Assembly (NCBI RefSeq): GCF_006345805.1
Contig: NC_043010.1
Span: forward strand, 13,330,001 to 13,394,000
DNA from: Octopus sinensis
Lineage: Eukaryota
Length of the DNA stretch: 64,000 nt
Reading direction: 5' to 3'
Below, in pieces: positions 53,684 through 64,000 of this stretch; position 1 is the stretch's first letter, and the number at the start of each line of letters is the position of its first letter. Under the pieces are notes generated by a model. The model had not been told where the DNA came from and ran no database searches. It saw only the letters and a list, made by a program, of their open reading frames with translations. The position numbers and the translations under genes are program-made.

Positions 53684-53690
<7 letters not shown>
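53285..53690 (-). pseudogene. Penelope-like element reverse transcriptase N-terminal fragment
   Basis: Open frame IIVQSDKTRNLYKL...PRITLKDHKDNFYSDPKVRLICPCKSDLSKLSKLILD matches the PLE 'ADKT' and 'ITLKDHK..RLINP.KS' motifs; flanked by (TA)n and AT-rich low-complexity sequence. Confidence 0.8.
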
Positions 53691-53726
<36 letters not shown>

Positions 53727-54464
53727 TATATATATATGTATACATATATGCTGGCTTTGCTCATGCTCACATGGCCTTCTTTTCAGTTTTTGTCTACCGA
53801 ATCCATTTGCAAAGCTTGGGGCTATAGTAGAAGACACTTGCCCAAGGTGCCACACAGTGAACCCAAAGCCATGCGGTTGGGAAGCAAACTTCTTAACCAC
53901 ACAGCCACCTAGGTTGAAAAAATAAAGTTAGCAGAAGGCACAATCATGGCTGTATTGTAAGAAGTAAAATTCTTCAATGTCATGCCCCAGCATGGCCAGC
54001 AGTATAAGGATTGATAATACTAAAAGATAAAAGTTGAATATTGGGGTTGAGCTATTCAACTTTACCTGCAGCCACTTAAATTTAAAACCTTGTTCTAATG
54101 TTAGAAATCATTAATTATGATATATTAGTTGAGAGTGGAGACACATGGCCTAGTGGTTAGAGCAGCAGACTTGCAGTCGAGGGATTGCGGGTTAGAATCT
54201 CAGACCGGGTGATGTGTGCATTTATGAGCGAAAACACTTAATCTCCACGCGGCTCTGGCAGAAGGTAATGGCAAAACTTCTGCTGACTCTTTCGCCACAA
54301 CTTTCTCTCACTCTTTCCTCCTGCTTCTTGCAGCTCACCTGCGATGGACCAGCGTCCTGTCCAGGTGGGGAACCTATACGCCAAGAAACTGGGAACCCAG
54401 CCCTTATGAGCCAGGCATGGCTCGAGAAGGAACAAAAGCAAAAAAAAAGTTGAGGGGTTTATTG

Positions 54465-55535
54465 AGGTTTTTTTGTTAATTCTAAAGATTAATGACCAAC
54501 ACACTTAATTTTTTTCATTTTTTTGAAATTTTTTCTTCCATAATTATTTTGTTAATTCTAAGGATTAATGACCAACACATTTAAATTTTTTTCATTTTTT
54601 TGAAATTCTTTCTTCCATAATTATTTTCTTAATTTTAAGGATTAATGACCAACACATTTAATTTTTTTCATTTCTTTGAAATTCTTTCTTCCATAATTAT
54701 TTTCTTAATTTTAAGGAATAATGACCAACACATTTAATTTTTTTCATTTTTTTGAAATTTTTTCTTCCATAATTATTTTGTTAATTCTAAGAAATAATGA
54801 CCAACACATTAAATTTTTTAAATTTTTTGAATTTTTTCTTCCATAATTATTTTGTTAATTCTAAGAAATAATGACCAACACATTAAATTTTTTTCATTTC
54901 TTTGAAATTCTTTCTTCCATAATTATTTTCTTAATTTTAAGGAATAATGACCAACACATTAAATTTTTTTCATTTTTTTGAAATTTTTTCTTCCATAATT
55001 ATTTTGTTAATTCTAAGAAATAATGACCAACACATTAAATTTTTTTATTTTTTTGAAATTTTTTCTTCCATAATTATTTTCTTAATTTTAAGGAATAATG
55101 ACCAACACATTAAATTTTTTTAATTTTTTTGAAATTTTTTCTTCCATAATTATTTTGTTAATTCTAAGAAATAATGACCAACACATTAAATTTTTTTAAT
55201 TTTTTTGAAATTTTTTCTTCCATAATTATTTTGTTAATTCTAAGAAATAATGACCAACACATTAAATTTTTTTCATTTCTTTGAAATTCTTTCTTCCATA
55301 ATTATTTTCTTAATTTTAAGGAATAATGACCAACACATTTAATTTTTTTCATTTTTTTGAAATTTTTTCTTCCATAATTATTTTGTTAATTCTAAGAAAT
55401 AATGACCAACACATTAAATTTTTTTAATTTTTTTGAAATTTTTTCTTCCATAATTATTTTGTTAATTCTAAGAAATAATGACCAACACATTAAATTCTTT
55501 TCATTTCTTTGAAATTTTTTCTTCCATATTTATTT
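54465..55535. repeat. 76-bp AT-rich minisatellite, about 14 copies
   Basis: AATGACCAACAC recurs at 54491, 54567, 54644, 54720, 54796, 54870 and onward to about 55477. Confidence 0.97.
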
Positions 55536-57004
55536 TGTTTCTTTGCATTTATAAGTCAAAGTATTTCTCACATATTTTTCTTTGATGTCCATGAAAATGA
55601 ATAATAAATTCTTTATAACATGTGTTTGGCAAGTTAAGGACAGTATACCAAAAACAAAAACAAAAAAAAAGAAACAGATGAATTTGTTTACTTTCAATGA
55701 TGTATGAAATAATATGTATATAACAACATATCAACATGGTTTTCAATATTGCGTCAAGTCATTGTTTAAAATTGTGCAGGTATGTCATCTCAAAAAAAAC
55801 AAAAAAACAATTCAAATATCCCCTCACTTCCACTCCATCTCCTATTTTTCTTTTTGATTTTTTTTTGTTTTGTTTTTTTGGTTTTTTTTTTTTTTTTTTT
55901 TGTTGTTGTTGTTTTGTTTTTGTTTTCTTTTCAGAACAAGAGATTTTTGTTTTTTTTATTATTAAAGTATGAAATATGTAATGCATTTCCTTTTGAAAAT
56001 TAAATTTCTTTTTTGAAATTTAAAAAAGAAAAAAAAAATAACTGTCTTACATATAGTTATGAAAAATATCAGTTTGTACATTGTTTCATGTTCTTACTGT
56101 TTTTTTCCAAAAATAAGTATTTCCTAGTTAGGTGGGCAAATCTGAAAGATAAACAGAAATACAATAATTAGGCATTTATTGGAAATTTTGAAATTGAATT
56201 TTCAACAACAAACTAGTAATTCTTTTATAATTTTCTGAACTAGAAAAACTACATCAAAAATTTTTTCACATTTCATACATACACACTCATACACATGTGT
56301 GTGTGCATGTGCATGCATGCATGTGTGTGAAATGTGTGTTTGAGTGCTCCTGTGAACACACACATATGAGTTCACAATTTATGCTTCATACATTTACGTC
56401 TGTCTGTTCGTCTTTTCATAGTTGATTGAGTGGGACATCTCTGCAAATGTATAAATTTACCTGGCTTGTGCATCTGGCATTCGCCATGATAGATCGCTAG
56501 CCACTAAATTTTTTTTTTATTTTCGCTCCATGTTTATTTCTGTGTTCCTTTCTTCTGTGACGAAGAGCGTAGGCTCGAAATGTAAAAGACTTTCTCACTT
56601 CCCAAGCATTAAACTAATACATCTGTTTGTTGTTTACACACCCATCTTCATCTTTTGTTGTTTTTTTTATAAATTCTCACTATTTATATAGCTAGATGAG
56701 TTTTCCTATTCCCAAATCATTAAACCACTGACTACTAGTTTTAAAAAGAAAGACCACATTGGGCAATCCAATCCTAGATATTCACTGAAGTTTAAATATA
56801 AGAAGAGAGGGTCATTACTTGAATGTCTTTGATCACAGGTTTGGACAACAACAACAACAACAGCATTAATAAAAGACATACAGAAAAGAATTGGTCACTG
56901 AAGAGAGTATATCACATCCATACTATAACACCCGATGTTAAAACACCCGATGTAAAAAATCCCATTATACTTTTATAATTAAATATTATTAGGAATTATA
57001 TTCT

Positions 57005-58060
57005 TTTATTGGTTTCAGTCATTTGACTGTGACCATGCTGGAGCACTGCCTTAAAGGGTTTTAGTTGAAGAAATCAACCCCAAGACTTATTCTTTGTAAG
57101 CTTAGTACTTATTCTATTGTTCTCTTTTGTCGAACTGTTATGTAATTGGGACGTAAACACACCAGCACCAGTTGTCAAGCGATGGTGGCAGGGGAGTGGA
57201 GACACACACAGATGCAAAGACACACACTCATAAATTTATATATATATATACAATGGTCTTCTTTCAGTTTCCATCTACCAAATCCACTCATGAGGCTTTG
57301 GTCAGCCTGAGGCTATAGTAGAAGACACTTGCCCAAGGTGCCACACAGTGGAACTGAACCCGGAACCATGTGGTTGGGAAGCATGCTTCTTACCACACAG
57401 TCACACCCATGTCTCTTTTTTTACTCTTTTACTCGTTTCAGTCATTTGACTGTGGCCATGCTGGAGCACCGCCTTTAGTCGAGCAAATCGACCCCAGGAC
57501 TTATGCTTTGTAAGCCTAGTACTTATTCTATCACCAGCATCGGTTGTCAAGCGATGTTGGGGGGGGGACAAACACAGACACACAAACATGCACACACACA
57601 TATATATACGACGGGCTTCTTTCAGTTTCCATCTACCAAATCCACTCACAAGGCTTTGGTCGGCCCGGGGCTATAGTAGAAGACACTTGCCCAAGGTGCC
57701 ACACAGTGGGACTGAATCCGGAACCATGTGGTTGGTAAGCAAGCTACTTACCACTCAGCCACTCCTACGCCTATGTCTATATAAGATTTTTTCATTAAAA
57801 TTTACGAGCAATAAACTGATTATATTCCTACAAAACACAAAACATTTACTCTTTTACTTGTTTCAGTCATTTGACTGCGGCCATGCTGGAGCACCGCCTT
57901 TTTAGTCGAGCAAATCAACCCCGGGACTTATTCTTTGTAAGCCCAGTACTTATTCTATCGGTCTCTTTTGCCGAACCGCTAAGTGACGGGGACGTAAACA
58001 CACCAGCATCGGTTGTCAAGCAATGCTAGGGGGACAAACACATACACACAAATGCATACA
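57005..58060 (-). mobile_element. Three head-to-tail SINE A copies (57005-57402, 57415-57776, 57845-58060)
   Basis: Three successive TTTCAGTCATTTGACTGyGrCCATGCTGGAGCAC tails in the same orientation. Confidence 0.9.
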
Positions 58061-58811
58061 CACACACACATATATATATATATACATATATACGAACAAT
58101 TTGAACAATTTTTTTTACAATTCCTAATAATATTTAATCATAAAAATATAATAAGAGCTTTTAGACATTACACGGCTATGAAGATGACCCCTACCCTGAA
58201 TAAAATAGGAACAGGAAGAGTTCATAAGTAAAAGAATAGTTGAGAACCACTGCCTTAGTGCAGCTATCTTGACATTTCTCAACAAAGCCATTGAAATCTC
58301 CAATTTTTTTCTGTTTTTATTTTTTTAGTCAAAGAAGGTGATGAGTTTCATCCTTCACAATTCTATCAGTTACAAGGAAATCCCAATGCAATTACTTGAC
58401 TTAGTAAAAGCTAAAAATAGGGTCAACAAGAATTGTCATAAGCTATTGTAGCTAAAAATAAAGATTGTGCTGGAAAACAATCAGGTTTGCTCTGAATGAA
58501 TGACACATGAACTGATGATAGTTGGATTCTGTTGTATATTTGGTATTAATCAGTTAAGTTTGATAGAATGAGAAAAAAAAGAAGAAAGGTAAAAAAAGAA
58601 AAAAAAAAGCTCTACTTGTGAAGTGCGGAATTTTGAAGAGAAATAATTGGGTTAAGTGTTTAGCTCAGCATTTGTGGAGTTTGTAGTCAGCACTTTAATA
58701 ATGTCTTTTAAACTACAAAGTGCAGCATTGTCAGAAGAAGGAGTCATTCCCTATGACTGACATTGTAGCAGCATCATAAACTGCTACAAAGGCAGCAGCG
58801 ATGATTTAAAG

Positions 58812-59499
58812 CAGGGGTTCTCAATCATTTTTTTCCTATAGACCCCTTTGATTTCTATTGTACTCGGATGAACCCTCATAACCATATAATGTTTAAGAAA
58901 TCCTATTATAGCAGTGGCTGTGTGGTAAGTAGCTTGTTTACCAACCACATGGTTCCGGGTTCAGTCCCACTGCGTGGCACCTTGGGCAAGTGTCATCTAC
59001 TGTAGCCTCGGGCCGACCAAAGCCTTATGAGTGGATTTGGTAAACGGAAACTGAAAGAAGCCTGTCGTATATAAGTACAGATATGATGATGATGATGATG
59101 ATGATATATATATATATGTGTATGTATGTGTGTGTGTTTGTGTGTCTGTGTTTGTCCCCCAACATCGCTTGACAACCGATACTGGTATGTTTACATCCCA
59201 GTGACTTAGTGGTTCAGCAAAAGAGACCGATAGAATAAGTACTAGGCTTACAAAGAAAAAGTCCCGGGGTCAATTTGCTCGACTAAAGGTGGTGCTCCAG
59301 CATGGCCACAGTTAAATGACTGAAATAAGTAAAAGGGTAAATCGTATACTTTTACAATTAAATATTAGTAATTATATTTTAAAAATTGTTTAAATTGTTG
59401 GTACATTTTAAAAGCATAACCTGACCCTAACCCTAACACTAACAACAAAATCTTATATGGACCCCCAAGAGTCATATGGACCCTGGTTGAGGATCACTG
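58812..59499. mobile_element. hAT-like MITE interrupted by a SINE A (58911-59340 +)
   Basis: Termini CAGGGGTTCTCAA...TTGAGGATCACTG; contains CCTGACCCTAACCCTAAC. Confidence 0.65.
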
Positions 59500-61570
59500 C
59501 CTTAGAGAGTAGCAGCTATAGATGAATCGAATTACTGGTTCAGGTCATGAAGGTCACACAGGAAGTCATGGTACAATTGACCCATGACAGGTTAAATATT
59601 GTTGAAGTGAGTTTGGTTTTGTAGTGGGACAACAGTAGAAGAAATATTTGGCAAAGAGTATACCCTTATTCTTGGCTTTCATTGACTTGGAGAAAGCATT
59701 TGACAGGGTATCATGTGTAGTAATCTGGTGGTCATTAGGAAATCTAGGTGTTGAGGAACAGTTTCAGGAAACTGTACAAGTCATGTACAAAGATGGGATG
59801 AGTAGGAGATAGGCACAGGAGTGGCTGTGTGGTAAGTAGCTTGTTTACCAACCACATGGTTCCGGGTTCAGTCCCACTGCGTGGCATCTTGGGCAAGTGT
59901 CTTCTACTATAGCCTCAGGCCGACCAAAGCCTTGTGAGTGGATTTGGTAGACGGAAACTGAAAGAAGCCTGTCGTATATAAGTACAGATGATGATGATGA
60001 TAATATATATATATGTGTATGTATGTGTGTGTGTTTGTGTGTCTGTGTTTGTCCCCCTAGCATTGCTTGACAACCGATGCTGGTGTGTTTATGTCCCCGT
60101 TACTTAGCGGTTCGGCAAAAGAGACCGATAGAATAAGTACTGGGCTTACAAAAGAATAAGTCCCGGGGTCGAGTTGCTCGATTAAAAGGCGGTGCTTCAG
60201 CATGGCCACAGTCAAATGACTGAAACAAGTAAAAGAGTAAAAGAGAGAGAGTAAAACAAAAGCTAACAATGATTTCAGGGATGAATTTAGCATGATGGCT
60301 GGAGTCCATCAAAGCTCAGTTCTTAGTCCCCTCCTATTCATTATAGTCTTACATGGCTATCACAGAGAAGTTTAAGACTGGTTGTCCATGTTGATTCCCT
60401 TTTCATAATTGAATCTATAGAGGAATTATAGAGAAAACTAAGCCTAGAATTGAGAGGCCTTAAGGTAAACATAGCAAAGACAAAGGTCTTAGTAAGTAGG
60501 AGAGAAGTCAGGAGCCTGGTGCCTTCAGAGAAATGACTTGGCTTAGTCTTCAGCAATAAAGTAGTTATAAGCACCATACGCTGTACCCAGTGTAAGCTAT
60601 GGATACACAAGAAATCACAGTCAGACTAGTTGGGAATACAAGCTTCTTCTGTGACAAATGCCCTGGAATAGTATATACTATGATCATACCAGACACCCCT
60701 TTTATGCTGGGATGGCTCCTTAGAAGCAGTTGATAGATTTTGTTATCAGGGAGTTATAAATTTACAAGGAGGATGGTTACTTTGAAAATATAGTAATCAG
60801 GGGAAGTTGAAGAAGATTCAGGGAGCTACTGCCACTGTTAGCAACAAAGGCTTTTTTCTCACAGAGTAAAGAGCAAATTGTATGATATTTTTTAATTTTT
60901 TTTTTATTGCCCACAAGGGGCTGAACATAGAGGGGACAAACAAGGACAGATAAAGGGATTAAATCGATTACATCGACCCCAGTGCATAACTGGTACTTAA
61001 TTTATCGACCCGAAAGGATGAAAGGCAAAGTTGACCTCAGCGGAATTTGAACTCAGAGCGTAGCAGCGAACGAAATAACACAAAGCATTTCGCCCGGCTT
61101 GCTAATGTTTCTGCCAGCTCGCCACCTTAAATTGTATGATATTGGTGTTAGAACTACAATGCTTCATAGTAGCAAGACATAGGCCTTGAATCCAAAGGGT
61201 TCAAGAAGACTGGAAAGAAATGAAGAAAGCATACTCCTTTGGATGTGCAATGTGAGTGTGCATGAAAGACATATTGTACATGTGCTGAGAGAAAGAAAAA
61301 AAATAGGCATAGGAGATATTAGATATAGGGAGCAAAAAAGAAAACTGCTCAGGTGTGGGCATGTGAGGCGTTTAGATGAGGATGGCCATATAGGAATGTG
61401 CCAGTTGCTTAATGTGCAGGGAGCTTGCAGGAGAGGAAGATCCAGGAAGGCATGGGATGAAATAGTGAAGGCAGACTCCAGGACACTCAGCCTCACACAG
61501 AAGATGACAACAAATCAAAATTTCTGGTGATGTGAGGTTTTTGAGAAAGCCTGCTCACCTCAGTGAAATG
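59500..61570 (+). mobile_element. Decayed RTE LINE (about 1.4 kb net) with two nested SINEs (A 59809-60246 +; D 60890-61128 -)
   Basis: Collinear motifs LERSSYR, LFLAFIDLEKAFDRV, GVHQSSVLSPLLFIIVL, RGLKVNIAKTKVLV, LWMCNVSVH, CRRGRSRKAWDEIVK. Confidence 0.92.
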
Positions 61571-61669
61571 GGTTCTGGAAGCATTGTGTCTCTTATACTC
61601 TCCACCGACACCACAACCACCACCACCACCACCATCACTGAAGCAAACTACCTCTCACTATACACTCAT

Positions 61670-61830
61670 CATCATCATTATTCGACCGTGGTCGAGACAA
61701 TGGAATTTACTATGCTACGCCAGACTTCACGGTCCATCATAGCATTACGGAGGTCCTGTTGCTGGATGCCTGTATCCCTGGAGATTACATCAGGGTAGGA
61801 GAGTGTGCACCCTCTGGTATTGTGAGTAGA
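61670..61830 (-). mobile_element. 3' end of a second RTE-type LINE with (ATG)n tail
   Basis: Minus strand YPDVISRDTGIQQQDLRNAMMDREVWRSIVNSIVSTTVE*. Confidence 0.8.
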
Positions 61831-61967
61831 TGGCTTCCAGAGGAAAAGAGGAGAAATTACCTCGTTTTCAGCTCTTAAACAATGTCCAGCAAACTGGACC
61901 CTTCTACCTCCCCCTGCTCCTGCAGCCTACCTCAACCTTGTCATCTCTCTCTTTCTATCTATCTATC

Positions 61968-62012
<45 letters not shown>

Positions 62013-63572
62013 CTCTCTCTCTCTCTTTTGTCAAACCCTTGTCAACTGTATCATCATTTACTATCCTGCTGATTTCCCCTTCCCGCACACTCTTCTGCCT
62101 CTCTCATTCTTACCCAACTCTTGACTCATTGATTCCACCCCAAAAACCCTACCCAATTTTTACAGAAACAGGCTGCTTCTCATCCTCTCTTCTCCTGCTC
62201 CTCATACAATCTTGCAACCTCATTCACCTCACTGCTGTTCCCCTCATGCCTTGAGGGGCCAACTGGACATTTCATCTCCACTATCTCTTCATAGCTCCTA
62301 CTACTCCAAAAGACCATTCCCTCTCTCCCTTCCTACCTTATTAAATGAGAGTAGCCATGCAGCTCTTCTACAAGAACCTTCTCTATCACTCCCCCACATT
62401 TCTCACACACTTTAACCTTTCACCTCTTGCATAAAGCCTACCCCAACATCCCTTGAAGTTCATAGTCTTGCAAGCTGTGTGGTAACCTCAATTAGTGCTA
62501 GTGACATGTAAAAAAGTACCCAGTACATACGGTAAAGTGGTTGGTGTTAGGATGGGCATCTGCTGAAGAAACCATACCAAAACAGATACTGGACTACAAC
62601 ACAGTTGTGGATGCACCACATCCTGCTAAACCATCGATTCCTTGCCAGTATGGAATATGAAAGTTAAATTATGATGATGATGACAAGGAGCATAAAGATG
62701 GCCTTATTTCAGTTTCTGTCAACTAAATCCACTTATAAGGATTTGGTTGGCCCAGAGCTATAAAAGGAGGTATTTGTCCAAGGTACCACACAGTGGGACT
62801 GAACCTAGAACCATACGGCTGGGAAGCAAACTTCTTAACTGCACAGCCATGCCATATGTATAATAGAATCAAAGCAATTTAGATGCTGCCCCACCTGGTA
62901 TTTCTTCATAATGTCTGTTGATTGTGTTCCCTCTAAATTGATGGTCTCTTTTCAATGTTGATGGTGTGGTTATATTTTGACTCTCTTCAACTCCCTTTTC
63001 TTCTCGTATGACTTCAACTTGTGGAATGAAGGCCTATAAAATATCAACCATCATTTATTATTAGTATTTGTATTTCAATCCTGATATAAACTGAAATTAA
63101 TTCTTGAAATTTTAAAAACCAATAACACAATATTTTGCACCATTTTTTTTTTTTTTTTTCTTAAAAGAATGTCCCAGAAAATCCCAGCCTGTGTCTTATA
63201 AATTCCATCATTTATGATGACGAGTGTTTGAGTTGATCCAATCAATGGAACAGCATTCTTGTAAAATTAACATACGAGTGGCTGAGCACTCCACAGACAA
63301 GTGTACCCTTAACAGCACTAGTGTAGCTTAGAATGTGTGCTGCCAGGGCAGCCCTTCATGCCTTTCAGCATCGATGAAATAAATACCAGCTGAGCACTGG
63401 GGTCAATATATATTTCTTTACTACCCACAAGGGGCTAAACATAGATATACACACACACACAAACGTACATACATATATATACATACATGCATACATATAT
63501 ATATAAATATAATATATTTATATACATACATACATACATACATATATGTGTATGTATATTATGTATATTTTA

Positions 63573-63604
<32 letters not shown>

Positions 63605-63641
63605 CACACCACACACATATATATTTGTATATAATATAATA

Positions 63642-63694
<53 letters not shown>

Positions 63695-64000
63695 TACATA
63701 CGTACATATATATATGTCTATATGTATATATAAATATATGTATATATATATATATATATATGTGTGTATATATACGAGTGTATATATATATGTGTGTATA
63801 TATATATGTGTGTGTGGTATATATATATATATATATATATACATTTATCAGTCCTGTACTCAGTGAATCTTCCCATGCCACTGGCTTTGTTCTATATATG
63901 AGATGCCATGATATCATTAACTCTATCAGTAGATGAGATGACTAACATGACACCAATAATGCTGGCTTTACTTAGAAGATGAAATGATGGCTTTGTTCAC

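Noticed and set aside
54465-55535. CRISPR-like interpretation of the regular repeat
   Set aside because: No unique spacers, eukaryotic context and no cas genes; it is a plain minisatellite.
59418-59445. Telomere-like CCCTAA repeats
   Set aside because: Only about 3 degenerate units inside a hAT-like MITE; not an interstitial telomere array.
61-63917. Most ORF-track entries ([16 protein letters not shown], poly-D/I/M)
   Set aside because: They are translations of di-, tri- and tetranucleotide microsatellites, not genes.

Overview
Eukaryotic genomic DNA, AT-rich and saturated with (TA)n, (CA)n, (GATA)n and (CAT)n microsatellites and tRNA-derived SINEs. The repeat families look like those of Octopus (inferred from recall of the families, not from a search). 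There is no long intact ORF. Nearly all ORF-track entries are microsatellite read-throughs; the exceptions are decayed transposon proteins: RTE-clade LINE RT, two DD37D/maT transposases, a mariner transposase and a Penelope-like RT fragment. A few short segments with splice signals could be minus-strand exons (a WSxWS/FN3-like exon at 5.9-6.0 kb, a CpG-rich exon at 9.2 kb, ATG-containing exons at 22.9/23.8 kb and 31.8 kb), but I cannot name the gene. The most interesting signals are: (1) several minimal hammerhead-ribozyme-like motifs and long fold-back palindromes in Penelope-like remnants, most beside (TA)n tracts; (2) a cluster of local duplications at 21-24.6 kb that copies a candidate start-codon exon; (3) nested and inverted transposon architectures able to form dsRNA; (4) a 76-bp minisatellite with higher-order structure. 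SINE family letters A-H are my own working labels. Repeat boundaries are approximate.
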